Origin: Acidobacteriota bacterium
GTDB lineage: Bacteria; Acidobacteriota; Thermoanaerobaculia; Gp7-AA8
Reading direction: 5' to 3'
DNA length: 64,000 nt
Assembly: GCA_019244185.1 (NCBI GenBank)
Contig: JAFATB010000012.1
Location: 32,001-96,000 of the forward strand
Below are positions 30,491-40,804 of this stretch, one piece after another. The number at the start of each line of letters is the position of its first letter. Position 1 is the first letter of the stretch. Under the pieces are notes generated by a model. That model made no database searches. It saw nothing but the letters and a program-made list of their open reading frames with translations, and was not told where the DNA came from. The position numbers and the translations under genes are program-made.

Positions 30491-33256
30491 CTACCGCAGC
30501 GCGACGACGACCAGCGTGAGGTCGTCTTCCAGCTCGCCGCGGGCGAAGGAGGTCGCCGCGTCGACGAGCGTCTGCTGGAGTTCTTCGGCCGAAAGATCGC
30601 GCGCGTCGGCGACGAGCTCCTCGATCCGCTGCTCGCCGAAGAGCTCTCCCTCCCCGTCGCCCGCCTCGGAGACGCCGTCGGTGAAGAGCACGAGCGTGTC
30701 GCCCGGCGCGACGGCGAGCTCGCGCTCCTCGTACGGCTGCGTGAACAGCCGCGAGATGGCCGGGCCGCCTTCCGCGAGCCGCACGATCGTGCCGTCCGCG
30801 CGCGCGAGCACCGGCGCGTTGTGCCCCGCGTTACACCAGCGCAGCGTCATCGACGCGGTGTCGAGCGTGGCGTAGAAGAACGTGACGAAGCGTCCGCCGG
30901 AGAGACTCGACACGACCACGCGTCGCACGCGCTCGCACAGATCGCGCGGCGAGCCGCTCGCCGACGCGCGCACCGCCGCCTGCAAGCCCGACATCAGCAG
31001 CGCCGCGGGCATGCCCTTTCCCGCGACGTCGCCGATGCAGACCGCGAGCTCGCGCTCGCCGAGCTTGATGAGATCGTAGTAGTCGCCGCCCATCGAGCGC
31101 GCCGGCTGCCAGACGCCGCTCGCGTCGATGCCTGCGACGCGCGGCATCTCGCGCGGGAGCAGCGTCTGCTGAATCGCACGCGCCTGCGTGAAGTCCGCTT
31201 CATCGACGGCCATGCGAATGCGATCGGTGGCGATCGAAATCTGATCGGCGGCCGAGCGGAGGAAGTCGATGTCCTCGACGTCGAACTCGCCGCCCGACAA
31301 CTTCGGCGCGAGCGCGACGAAGCCGCGCGTACCGATCGGGACGACGAGCGTTGCCTCGATCTTCGCCAGCGGCGCGCTCGCGGCTTCCGGCAACGTCCGC
31401 CGCCGCGGATCGAACGGGCGGTCGAGGAACTCGCTGAACGTGCGCGGCACGCGCAGGCGCCCGAGGAGCGCGTCGGCCACGCCGACTTTCGCCACGGCCA
31501 CGAACTCTTCCTGGCGCTCGACGAACAGCACCACCGCGCGGTTCTGCAGCGCGTGCTGCAATTCCTCCGCGGCGCCGCCGAGGTACGCGCCGAGGTCGTG
31601 CGCGGCCATCGTTTCCGCGCCGATCGCCCGCAGCGCCTCGGGGTACTCGTACTTGTGGCGGAAGAGGTTGCGGTCGACGAGCGTCTGCAGCTTCGTCCGC
31701 AGCGGCACGAACAGCAGCGCCACGACGAGCGTCGAGGCGATGACCAGCGTCTGGTTCTGCACGTGGGCGATGTTCACCAGCAGCGCGCCGAGTCCGCCCA
31801 CGATGCCGACGTACAGCACGAGAATCGCGCCGGTCAGGATCGCGTAGACGACCGTTTTGCGGATGATGACGTCGATGTTCATCAGCCGGTACTTGAGGAT
31901 CGCGAACGCGAACGAGATCGGGATGAGCAGGTACAGCAGCGTCGGCACGACCTGCACGAACTGCCCCGCGCGCAGCCACCACGAGACGTCGCCGCCGCGC
32001 ATCACCGTGCCCGCGACGACCAGCTGCGAGATGAACGCGATCACCAGCCGCGCCGCGAGCGCGATGAGCGTGCCCCACAGCGGCCACTGCACCTGCCGCC
32101 GCTCCTCGGCGCCCGCATCGCGGTACGAGCGATAGAGCGCGATGCAGGCCAGGATCGGATAGACGGCGAGCAGCGGGAACGGCAGCAGCACGAGCATCGC
32201 CGCGACGACGACGGCGGCCCACTTCAGATGCAGCGCCATGAAGATGCGCGCGAGGCCGAGGAAGAGCGCGACGATCGAGAAGATCGTCTGCAGCGGACGC
32301 AGCGCGAACGCGTGACGCGTGCCTTCCGTGCGTCCGCGATATGCGATGCGCAGCGCCACGAACATGCCGATCACGGCGAGAGCGGCCGAACAGACGTGCA
32401 CCGCCGTTTCGAGCGTGTGCAGGCGTGCCGCGTTCGCGGTGGGAAAGAGCACCGACGTGCCGAGGAAGACCATCACGCCGGCGACGGCGGACGCCGGCAC
32501 GCCGTAGACCCAGCGCAGCACGTGCGGCGCGCGCGTCACGATCGGCCGTTCGCGCGGGAAGATCAGCGCGAGGTGGAGCGTGAGCGGCGCGAACGCGTAC
32601 GCGCCGGCGAGCAGCGCGAGCAGCGGAAAGACGCTCGTCAGCGGCGCGGTGAAGATCCCGCGCATGTTGAGCAGGCTCTCGATCGCGACGACGGCCGTGC
32701 CGACGATCGACACCGCGCCGACCGACGTCATGATGCAGAAGACGCGGGCGCGGCGATCGCCGGGACTGCGGCTGAAGACGAAGATGCCGATGGCCACGAA
32801 GACGATGGCCACGAAGATGGACGTCAGGAACGCGAAGAGATACGACGCGCCGATCGGCGACGCGAGCCGCACCGGGATGTCGAGCAGCTTGCCGCCGCGC
32901 TCCACGCGGAACGTGATGACGTCGCCGGTGTGCACGCGCATGTCGAGGGCGCGCAAACGCGGCTGGTCGTACATCGGAATGCCGTCGATCGCCTTGACCA
33001 CGTCGCGGACGTGCATCCCGCCGGCGCGCGCACCGCCCGACGGATCGAGCATGATCACCATGCCCGGCTGCAGCCCCATCACCACGCGGCCCGGCTTCGC
33101 GCCCTGTTCGCCGCGCGTGTACTCCTGGATGTAGGTGACGCCCGCCGTGCCGGCGTGCCGCCAATGCCGCAGCCGCACGATGCCGTACGCGAGCTCCAGC
33201 CCGGCGACGGCGATCGCGATGATGACGAAGAGAGTGACTTTACGACGATCGGACAT
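30491..33256 (-). CDS. Membrane PP2C/SpoIIE (RsbU-like) phosphatase with PDZ and GAF-like regions
   Basis: PDZ-like N-terminal part, many TMs, GGDYYD, GDVAGKG, CNAGHN, LFTDGVSE, DDLT. Confidence 0.88.
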   Translation of the reverse strand: MSDRRKVTLFVIIAIAVAGLELAYGIVRLRHWRHAGTAGVTYIQEYTRGEQGAKPGRVVMGLQPGMVIMLDPSGGARAGGMHVRDVVKAIDGIPMYDQPRLRALDMRVHTGDVITFRVERGGKLLDIPVRLASPIGASYLFAFLTSIFVAIVFVAIGIFVFSRSPGDRRARVFCIMTSVGAVSIVGTAVVAIESLLNMRGIFTAPLTSVFPLLALLAGAYAFAPLTLHLALIFPRERPIVTRAPHVLRWVYGVPASAVAGVMVFLGTSVLFPTANAARLHTLETAVHVCSAALAVIGMFVALRIAYRGRTEGTRHAFALRPLQTIFSIVALFLGLARIFMALHLKWAAVVVAAMLVLLPFPLLAVYPILACIALYRSYRDAGAEERRQVQWPLWGTLIALAARLVIAFISQLVVAGTVMRGGDVSWWLRAGQFVQVVPTLLYLLIPISFAFAILKYRLMNIDVIIRKTVVYAILTGAILVLYVGIVGGLGALLVNIAHVQNQTLVIASTLVVALLFVPLRTKLQTLVDRNLFRHKYEYPEALRAIGAETMAAHDLGAYLGGAAEELQHALQNRAVVLFVERQEEFVAVAKVGVADALLGRLRVPRTFSEFLDRPFDPRRRTLPEAASAPLAKIEATLVVPIGTRGFVALAPKLSGGEFDVEDIDFLRSAADQISIATDRIRMAVDEADFTQARAIQQTLLPREMPRVAGIDASGVWQPARSMGGDYYDLIKLGERELAVCIGDVAGKGMPAALLMSGLQAAVRASASGSPRDLCERVRRVVVSSLSGGRFVTFFYATLDTASMTLRWCNAGHNAPVLARADGTIVRLAEGGPAISRLFTQPYEERELAVAPGDTLVLFTDGVSEAGDGEGELFGEQRIEELVADARDLSAEELQQTLVDAATSFARGELEDDLTLVVVALR

Positions 33257-33296
33257 CGTGCGTATGAGGCTACGAGCCGATTGTCCTACGGTTGCA

Positions 33297-33965
33297 TCAG
33301 TCGCGCGAGCCGCGCCGGTTCACGATGGACATGAACTCCTGCCGCGTGCGCTCGTCGTTGAGGAACTCGCCGCGCAGGACGTTCGTTTCCATGAACGATT
33401 CCTCCTGCTCCACGCCGCGCATGACCATGCAGAGATGCACGCCGCCCATCCACACCGCGATGCCGCGCGGCTCGAGGATCTTCTCGATCGTGTCGGCGAC
33501 GTCGTGCGCGAGATGCTCCTGCGACTGCAGCCGCCGCATGTGCACTTCGACGATGCGCGGGATCTTCGACGCGCCGATGATCATCCGCTCGGGGATGTAG
33601 CCGATGATGAACTTTCCGAAGAACGGCAGGATGTGATGCGCGCAGAGCGTCTTGTACGTCCCGCCGATGACGACCAGGTTCTGGCAGTTCTCGTCCGCCG
33701 CGGAGCACGCCTTGCGGAACAAGGTGGTCAACTTCTTGACGTCCGTGTAGTCGTAGCCGCTGGTCATCGTGACCAGCGAATCGGACCAGCGGCGCGGCGT
33801 GTCGAGGAGGTTCTCGTCCGTCAGATCGACGTGCAGCAGCCGCAGCGCCTCGCGGAGGTGATGCTGCAAGGCGTCGCGGTCGATGGAGGGGCGGGGATTC
33901 GAGAGCAGGCCGCGATCGTCCAGCACGTCGATCTCGCGGGCCAGAGCGAGTTCGGTTTCGTCCAT
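33297..33965 (-). CDS. folE: GTP cyclohydrolase I
   Basis: TPRR, LCAHHILPFFG, GASKIPR, RRLQSQE, HLCMVMRG. Confidence 0.9.
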   Translation of the reverse strand: MDETELALAREIDVLDDRGLLSNPRPSIDRDALQHHLREALRLLHVDLTDENLLDTPRRWSDSLVTMTSGYDYTDVKKLTTLFRKACSAADENCQNLVVIGGTYKTLCAHHILPFFGKFIIGYIPERMIIGASKIPRIVEVHMRRLQSQEHLAHDVADTIEKILEPRGIAVWMGGVHLCMVMRGVEQEESFMETNVLRGEFLNDERTRQEFMSIVNRRGSRD

Positions 33966-33997
33966 GACCGCGACAGAGTACGCGCAATGGCCCGTTC

Positions 33998-34027
33998 TTG
34001 ACGACTGAATGACCATTCATTCATACT
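33998..34027 (+). promoter_or_regulatory. Promoter with TetR/FadR-like operator upstream of acyl-CoA dehydrogenase
   Basis: TTGACG-N18-CATACT; TGAATGA-CCAT-TCATTCA at 34006-34023. Confidence 0.75.
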
Positions 34028-34061
34028 GGCCCGGAAGCTGTATTTCGTAGGAGTCTCGATC

Positions 34062-35954
34062 ATGGCCGAAGTCAAAACGCAGGGTGCCGTCGAAGCGATG
34101 GAGGTGGCCGAAGCCTCCCGCGAGACCGAATGGGAAAAGCCTTCCTTCGTCGGCGATCTCTTTCTCGGCAAGCTGAATCTCGACCTCATTCATCCCTTCC
34201 CCGAGCAGCCCGCCGCCGACAAGGCGGAAGGCGACGCGTTCCTCACGAAGCTCGAGCGCTTTCTCGCCGAGCAGGTCGACGCGGAAGAGATCGACCGCAA
34301 AGGCGAGTACGACTACTCGCTCTTCGACGGCCTCAATGAGATCGGCGCCTGGGGGATGAAGATCCCGAAGGAGTACGGCGGCCTCGGATTCAGCGCGACG
34401 AACTACAACCGCGCCATCGGACTCACGGCGACGTGGTGCGGCTCGACGGTGGCGTGGCTCTCCGCGCACCAGTCGATCGGCGTGCCGCAGCCGCTCAAGC
34501 TCTTCGGCACCGAGGAGCAGAAGAAAAAGTATCTGCCGCGTCTGGCGAAAGGCGCGATCTCCGCGTTCGCGCTGACCGAGCCGGGCGTCGGCTCCGATCC
34601 CGCGAAGATGGAGACGCGCGCGGTGCCGACTCCCGACGGCAAAGGCTGGACGCTCAACGGCGAGAAGCTGTGGTGCACGAACGGCCTCAAGGCGGAAGTC
34701 ATCGTCGTGATGGCGCAGACGCCGCCGAAGATCGTCAACGGCAAAGAGAAGAAGCAGATCTCCGCGTTCATCCTGGAAACGAACACGCCGGGCGTCGAGA
34801 TCGCGCACCGCTGCCAGTTCATGGGACTGCGCGGCATCGGCAACGTGCTCATTCGCTTCAACGACGTCTTCATCCCGAAAGAGAACCTGCTGTGGGGTGA
34901 AGGTCTCGGCCTCAAGCTCGCGCTGATCACGCTCAACACCGGACGCCTCACGATCCCCGCGGGCTGCGCGGCCGGCGGCCGGCGCATGCTCGAGATCGCG
35001 CGCGACTGGGCGAACGAACGCGTGCAGTGGGGCGCGCCGATCGGCAAGCACGAGGCGGTCGCGGCGAAGCTGTCGTGGATGGCCTCGCACACGTTCGCGA
35101 TGGAAGCGATCGTGTGGCTGACGTCGGGACTCGCCGATCGCGGCGACGTCGATCTCCGCCTCGAAGCGGCGATGGCGAAGCTCTTCAACACCGAGATGGC
35201 GTGGAAGTGCGTCGACGAGCTCGTGCAGATCCGCGGCGGCCGCGGCTTCGAGACGTCGTGGTCGCTCAAGGCGCGCGGCGAGAAGGGCTATCCCGTCGAG
35301 CGGATCATGCGCGACATGCGCATCAACCGCATCTTCGAAGGGACGAGCGAGATCCAGCATCTCTTCATCGCGCGCGAGGCGGTCGATCCGCACATGAAGC
35401 GCGGCTACAAGATCCTGCTTCCTGAAACGCCGACGAACGAGAAGCTCAGCGCCGCGGCGAAAGCGGGCGCGTACTACGCGACCTGGTATCCGTCGCGTTA
35501 CGTCGGCTGGAGCCGCTTCCCGAAATACGGCGACTTCGGCCGCCTCTCCACGCACCTCGGATACATCGAGCGCCAGTCGCGCCATCTCTCGCGCTCGATC
35601 TTCCACGCCATGATGCGCTTCCAGGCGAAGCTCGAGCGCAAGCAGATGGTGCTCTTCCGCATCGTCGACATCGGCACCGATCTCTTCGCCATGTCCTCCG
35701 CGATTACGTACGCGGAGATGCTGGCGAAGAAGGGCGAGAAGAACGCCATCGATCTCGCGGACCTCTTCTGCCGCGAGGCGCGCGTGCGCATCGACCAGAA
35801 CTTCCGCACGCTCTTCGACAACCACGACGAACTCGCCTATCGCGTGGTGCAGAAGTTCATGAAGGGCGAGTATCAGTGGCTCGAAGGGCAGCTCGTCGAG
35901 CCGCTCGTGCCGACCGCGGAACAGGTCGAAGAAGCGATCCGGCAGCTCGCCTGA
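34062..35954 (+). CDS. Acyl-CoA dehydrogenase (long, ACAD9/VLCAD-like)
   Basis: AFALTEPGVGSD, LNGEKLWCTNG, LNTGRL, QIRGGRGF, RIFEGTSEI. Confidence 0.93.
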   Translation: MAEVKTQGAVEAMEVAEASRETEWEKPSFVGDLFLGKLNLDLIHPFPEQPAADKAEGDAFLTKLERFLAEQVDAEEIDRKGEYDYSLFDGLNEIGAWGMKIPKEYGGLGFSATNYNRAIGLTATWCGSTVAWLSAHQSIGVPQPLKLFGTEEQKKKYLPRLAKGAISAFALTEPGVGSDPAKMETRAVPTPDGKGWTLNGEKLWCTNGLKAEVIVVMAQTPPKIVNGKEKKQISAFILETNTPGVEIAHRCQFMGLRGIGNVLIRFNDVFIPKENLLWGEGLGLKLALITLNTGRLTIPAGCAAGGRRMLEIARDWANERVQWGAPIGKHEAVAAKLSWMASHTFAMEAIVWLTSGLADRGDVDLRLEAAMAKLFNTEMAWKCVDELVQIRGGRGFETSWSLKARGEKGYPVERIMRDMRINRIFEGTSEIQHLFIAREAVDPHMKRGYKILLPETPTNEKLSAAAKAGAYYATWYPSRYVGWSRFPKYGDFGRLSTHLGYIERQSRHLSRSIFHAMMRFQAKLERKQMVLFRIVDIGTDLFAMSSAITYAEMLAKKGEKNAIDLADLFCREARVRIDQNFRTLFDNHDELAYRVVQKFMKGEYQWLEGQLVEPLVPTAEQVEEAIRQLA

Positions 35955-35974
35955 CGGCGAGCTGCCTCGCGCTC

Positions 35975-36190
35975 TCAGATCTTTGCGGCGTCGTCGACGC
36001 TCTCGTGCCCCTCGTACTTCATGAGGCAGTCGCGGCAGATGAGCTGCGCGCTGTTCGAGCCGGGGCGCGGCACCCAGCCGTCCTGATGCACGGCGTCGTC
36101 GAACGAGCGCGTGTACTCCTCCGGAATCTCACCCACGATCTCGCGTGTGAGCTCGCATTCACCGCAGCGGAGGAGGACCCGTCCTTCCAT
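35975..36190 (-). CDS. Small putative zinc-binding protein
   Basis: 71 aa with CGEC...CRDC; starts 2 nt after the upstream stop. Confidence 0.7.
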   Translation of the reverse strand: MEGRVLLRCGECELTREIVGEIPEEYTRSFDDAVHQDGWVPRPGSNSAQLICRDCLMKYEGHESVDDAAKI

Positions 36191-36192
36191 GG

Positions 36193-37938
36193 CTATTGCT
36201 CTCCGGCAGCCGGGAAGACCGGCGTAATGTCGACCGGGATGTCTTTCAATCCGGCGATCACGCCCTGCATCTCGGGCGTCGAAACGCCGTAGCGATCGAG
36301 CAGCCGCTGCGCGCGCGGCAGGTCGCCCGTCGCCTCGATGGTGAGGAGCTCGGTCGCCAGCGTGCGCACGCCGTCGCGATACTTCGTGAAATCGACGTTG
36401 TACGTGCCGTTGCCCGCCGGCGTCACGGCGCCGTGCTCGCGCAGCCAGTTCCACTGCACGGCGGTGCCGCGGCCGTGCGCCTCGTCGATGCCGAAGCGCA
36501 TGGAGCGGAACATGAGTCCCGTGTACGTCGCGAAGAGCTGCCGTTCATCGAACGAGTTGAGCAGCCCGTGATCGCGCGCGTAGAGAATGTTCCAGAGGCC
36601 GACCACGTCCGCCTTGCACTCTTCGATCGTCGAGTAGAGGTTCTTGAGGAGGATGCGCGAGTCGACGCGCTGGCCCGAGCCGGCGGGATCGGGGATGAGT
36701 CCCGGCCCGAGGCCGTGCGACAGCTCGTGGAAGAGGGTGTGGTTGAAGTAGGCGTCGAACGAGAGGAGGTCGCGCAGCGACGGATCGAGCACGCGGTTCG
36801 CGATGGGCACGCCGCTCTGCCGGAACTTCGCGTCCATCACGTTCTTGAGCAGCACCTTCTTCGAGCCCTTCTGCTCGCGCACGACCTCGTCGTTCGGCAG
36901 GTTGAACGCGGCGGTCTGCACGCCGCGGCGCGCGTCGCCGGCGGTGTAGATCTCCTGCACGACGCGGATCGGCGAGTCGGTGCCGCGGTTCGGGTTCATG
37001 TACTCGGCCGGCTCGGGGAGATTGCGCTCCATGTCCGGCAGATGCTGCGCGTACGCGGCGAGCTTGTCGCTCTCCGGCTTGTCGACGACGGTGACGAACG
37101 ACTCGAACGCCGCCTTGTAGTTGAACATCGAGTCTTCGTAGACCTCGTACGGTCCGATCACGACTTCGAGCGGCCCGTTGAGATCCATCCACGCGATGTC
37201 GCTCTCGCGGTAGTTGTCTTTCATGAACGCCGCGGCGAGCTTGGTGAGGTAATCGCGCAGCGAGGCGTTGTTCGTCAGCGCGGCGGCGTCACGCAGCGAC
37301 GCGGCGGCGCGATCGAGCTCCGCGGCGTAGTAGCGCGAGTACGGAATCGCCTCGAGATCGTTGCCGCGGCGGCGGATGACGGTGAAGAGTCCCTCGAACG
37401 CTTCCTTCTGATCGGGATGCGCGGCCACCCAGCGCTCGAACTCTTCCTTCGACATGTCGGGCGGATAGAACGCCGCGCCTTCCGGCTTCGCGCCTTCCTT
37501 GCCGAACGGCTCGATGAACGGCTCGTCCTGCGCGAGACGGTCCCAGCGTCCCTTGTTGATGAGGAAGTACTCGTACGCGTCGCGCTCGAGCGGCGAGTTC
37601 TGCGCCTGCGAGGAGAGCTTCGTGCGATAGACGGGATTGCGCTCGTCGACCTGGCGCCAGTAGATCTCGTCGATCACCTTCGACGCGTCGATGAGCTTCG
37701 CCACGACCTGGCGCTCGTTGTCGTCGAGCAGCGCGTGGTCGTAGTCGATGGTCGTGCGCGGCAGCTGCGCGAGCCGCTGCGGCACGTCCTGCTTCGGCGC
37801 GAGGCGTGCCGGCGCGACGTACGTCGTCTCGGACGGCGACGGCGGATTCGGAGTCGCGGCCGGTTTCGTCATCGGCCCCGTAGTCTGACACGCGAGCGGC
37901 AGGAGAAGAGCGAGCGGGAGCAGCAGCAGCTTCTTCAT
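36193..37938 (-). CDS. Peptidase M49/DPP-III-like (NUDT3-like) lipoprotein
   Basis: Lipobox LPLAC; IGPYEVYED, AFNLPND, FHELSHGLGP, EECKAD. Confidence 0.88.
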   Translation of the reverse strand: MKKLLLLPLALLLPLACQTTGPMTKPAATPNPPSPSETTYVAPARLAPKQDVPQRLAQLPRTTIDYDHALLDDNERQVVAKLIDASKVIDEIYWRQVDERNPVYRTKLSSQAQNSPLERDAYEYFLINKGRWDRLAQDEPFIEPFGKEGAKPEGAAFYPPDMSKEEFERWVAAHPDQKEAFEGLFTVIRRRGNDLEAIPYSRYYAAELDRAAASLRDAAALTNNASLRDYLTKLAAAFMKDNYRESDIAWMDLNGPLEVVIGPYEVYEDSMFNYKAAFESFVTVVDKPESDKLAAYAQHLPDMERNLPEPAEYMNPNRGTDSPIRVVQEIYTAGDARRGVQTAAFNLPNDEVVREQKGSKKVLLKNVMDAKFRQSGVPIANRVLDPSLRDLLSFDAYFNHTLFHELSHGLGPGLIPDPAGSGQRVDSRILLKNLYSTIEECKADVVGLWNILYARDHGLLNSFDERQLFATYTGLMFRSMRFGIDEAHGRGTAVQWNWLREHGAVTPAGNGTYNVDFTKYRDGVRTLATELLTIEATGDLPRAQRLLDRYGVSTPEMQGVIAGLKDIPVDITPVFPAAGEQ

Positions 37939-38008
37939 GGCGCCGCGGATTCTATTCGAGTCGGCGGCATGCTATCGTCCGCCGCAGTCTCAGCCGAGGT
38001 TGCGCCGC

Positions 38009-38620
38009 GTGATCATCGAGTGCCCGAATTGCCGTTCGAAGTACCAGTACGACGAGCAGCGCTTCGAGGGAAAACCGTCGAAGAAGATCAAGTGCTCGCG
38101 CTGCCAGCAGATCTTCGAGATTCAGAATCCGGCCAACGCAAAGCCGGCGGCCGCACCGGAAACGCCGGCGACAAAGAAAGCCGACGTCAACGCCGACGCC
38201 ACGCTCACGCCGCGCGATCGCACGCTGCACTCGCGTCCCATCCCGCCGCCCGACACGACCGAACAATCGCCGCTGCCGCCGCCGACCGGGCCGCAGCTGA
38301 CGACGCCGCAGTTGCCGAAAGGCAAGCGCCTGTCGCTGGCGATCATCGGCGGTCCCGACGCGGGAAGCGTGCATCGCATCCAGCAGCCGCGCACGACCAT
38401 CGGCCGCGCGGGCGCCGATCTCACGCTCAACGACACCGAGGCGTCGCGGCAGCATGCGGCGCTCGAAATCTACGACACCGTGTGCAAGCTCTCCGACCTC
38501 GGCTCGACGAACGGCACACTGGTGGGCGGCGAGAAGATCACCGAAGCGGTCGAGCTGACGGACAAGTCGGAGTTCGTCGTCGGCGCGAGCACGTTGATGC
38601 TCATCGTGACGGATGAATGA
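38009..38620 (+). CDS. Zinc-ribbon (MJ0042-type) plus FHA domain protein
   Basis: CPNC...CSRC; IGR, SRQHA, DLGSTNGT. Confidence 0.88.
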   Translation: MIIECPNCRSKYQYDEQRFEGKPSKKIKCSRCQQIFEIQNPANAKPAAAPETPATKKADVNADATLTPRDRTLHSRPIPPPDTTEQSPLPPPTGPQLTTPQLPKGKRLSLAIIGGPDAGSVHRIQQPRTTIGRAGADLTLNDTEASRQHAALEIYDTVCKLSDLGSTNGTLVGGEKITEAVELTDKSEFVVGASTLMLIVTDE

Positions 38621-39401
38621 TCTCGCGGTTCTGTTCCGCCACCGCCAGCTCATCGCCGCGCTCACGGCGCGCGATCTGAAGGCGCGCTACCGCGGCTCGA
38701 TCCTCGGATTTTTCTGGTCGCTCGCGAATCCGCTGCTGCTGCTCGCGGTCTACACGCTCGTCTTCACGCGCTTCTTCCCGAACTCCATCGAGGCGTATCC
38801 GCTCTTTCTCTTCGCGGGCATCCTGCCGTGGACGTTCTTCTCCGCCTCCATTCTCGAATCGACGACGTCGATCTCCGCGAACGCGGGCCTCATCAAGAAA
38901 GTGATGTTCCCCGCGGAGGCGCTGCCGCTCGTGGTCGTGCTCTCGCACCTCGTGCACTTCGCACTGGCGATCCCGATCCTGCTCGCGGCGATCGTCGCGT
39001 TTGCGGCGCTCGGGAAGTTCACGATCAGCGCGACGATCCTGCTCGCGCCGCTGCTCATGCTGCTGCAGACGATCTTCATCGCCGGCGTCGCGTTGATCGT
39101 CTCGTCGGCGTCGGTGCTCTTCCGCGACCTGCGCGACATCATCGCGAACCTCATGCAGCTCGGCTTCTTCGTGACGCCGATCATCTATCAGATCTCGACG
39201 GTTCCCTCGCGGCCGTTGCGCGCGCTGCTGCGCCTCAATCCGATGACACCGTTCGTCGTCTCGTATCAGAAGATCTTCTTCGAGCGCGCGCTGCCGAATC
39301 TGTCGGACAGCGTTCTGATGCTCGTCTACGCGGCGGCGTCGCTGCTCCTTGGCTTCTTCGTCTTCGATCGGCTGCGCGACACGCTGGCGGAGGCGATCTG
39401 A
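38613..39401 (+). CDS. Polysaccharide ABC exporter permease (Wzm-like)
   Basis: RDLKARYRGSILGFFWSLANPL, FVTPIIY, LNPMT. Confidence 0.9.
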   Translation: MNDLAVLFRHRQLIAALTARDLKARYRGSILGFFWSLANPLLLLAVYTLVFTRFFPNSIEAYPLFLFAGILPWTFFSASILESTTSISANAGLIKKVMFPAEALPLVVVLSHLVHFALAIPILLAAIVAFAALGKFTISATILLAPLLMLLQTIFIAGVALIVSSASVLFRDLRDIIANLMQLGFFVTPIIYQISTVPSRPLRALLRLNPMTPFVVSYQKIFFERALPNLSDSVLMLVYAAASLLLGFFVFDRLRDTLAEAI

Positions 39402-39402
39402 C

Positions 39403-40776
39403 ATGGCCGACGCCGCGCCGGACTTCGCCATTCAGGTCGAGAGCGTCTCGAAGAGCTATCGACTGTGGGGACGCCGCTCGCAGTTCGCGACGCTCAAGAG
39501 CGCGTTGCTCAAGCGCGACCTGAAGCTCGACCCCGACGCGAGCGTGGCCGCGCTGCGCAACGTCTCGTTCACCATCGATCGCGGCGAGGCGTTCGGCATC
39601 ATCGGCCGCAACGGCTCCGGCAAGTCGACGATGCTCAAGCTGATCTCGGGCATCCTGAAGCCGACGTCGGGCACGGTCGCGGTGAACGGCCGCATCGCCG
39701 CGCTCATCGAGCTCGGCGCCGGCTTTCATCCGGAGATCACCGGCCGCGAGAACATCTACATCAACGGCATCATGCTCGGACTCTCGCGCCGCGAGATCGA
39801 ACAGCGCTTCGACAAGATCGTGGAGTTCTCCGGCATCGCGGAGTTCCTCGATCAGCCGGTGAAGACGTACTCCTCCGGCATGTACGTGCGCCTCGGCTTC
39901 GCGGTGGCCGTGCACGTCGATCCCGATATCCTGCTCATCGACGAAGTCCTCTCCGTCGGCGACGAGGAGTTCTCCGCGCGTTGCATCGCCAAGATTCAGG
40001 AGATGAAGTATCGCGGCGTGACGCTCGTCTTCGTCACGCACCAGCTCGACCAGGTGCGCAACCTCTGCGACCGGGCGGTGTGGCTCGACCGCGGCCAGCT
40101 CGAGGCGATCGGCGATCCGATGCGCGTCGTCGATGCGTACCTGCAGGAAGTCAGCGGCACGTCGCTCGCGGAGCCGCCCGTCGAAGCCGCGCCGGAGGAA
40201 ACGCCCGCGCCGCCGCCGCGCGACGAGGAAGAACGCTGGGGCAGCGGCGAGGTGCTGATCAAACGCGTGTCGTTAACCGATGAAGAAGGACGCGAGCTCG
40301 TCGCGCTCGGCGCCGGTACGCCGGTCACGATCGACATCGACGTCGAGGCGCGCGCGCCGCAGGACGACTTCGTCTTCGGCCTCGGCCTCTACCACGCCGA
40401 CGGCACGTGCGTGTACGGCACGAACACCGACCTCGAGGGTTACGCATCGCAGCGCCTCGACGGCAACGCGCGCGTGCGCTTCGTGATGCCGTCGCTCGAT
40501 CTCGTGGCCGGCACGTATCGCCTCGACGTCGCCGTGCACACGCGCAACGGACGCTCGTTCGACTACCGCCGCAACGTCGTGCGCATCGTGGTCGGCTCGC
40601 GCGTGCACGACGTCGGCGTCTACCGCCCGAAACACGAGTGGAAGTTCGACGGCGCGATCGCGTTCAAGGCCGTCGATCCGCATCGCGCGAACGTCCCCGC
40701 GCCGATCGCGGAGGCGATCAGGGAGGTCGAAGGCGACTCGTCGCCGCAGCCGCTGCGCCCGCGCCGCAAACGCTGA
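39403..40776 (+). CDS. Polysaccharide ABC exporter ATPase with Wzt C-terminal domain
   Basis: GRNGSGKST, YSSGMYVRLGF, LLIDE, C-terminal beta domain. Confidence 0.92.
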   Translation: MADAAPDFAIQVESVSKSYRLWGRRSQFATLKSALLKRDLKLDPDASVAALRNVSFTIDRGEAFGIIGRNGSGKSTMLKLISGILKPTSGTVAVNGRIAALIELGAGFHPEITGRENIYINGIMLGLSRREIEQRFDKIVEFSGIAEFLDQPVKTYSSGMYVRLGFAVAVHVDPDILLIDEVLSVGDEEFSARCIAKIQEMKYRGVTLVFVTHQLDQVRNLCDRAVWLDRGQLEAIGDPMRVVDAYLQEVSGTSLAEPPVEAAPEETPAPPPRDEEERWGSGEVLIKRVSLTDEEGRELVALGAGTPVTIDIDVEARAPQDDFVFGLGLYHADGTCVYGTNTDLEGYASQRLDGNARVRFVMPSLDLVAGTYRLDVAVHTRNGRSFDYRRNVVRIVVGSRVHDVGVYRPKHEWKFDGAIAFKAVDPHRANVPAPIAEAIREVEGDSSPQPLRPRRKR

Positions 40777-40804
40777 CGGACGCGAGCGGGACTATCATCA
40801 CCGC

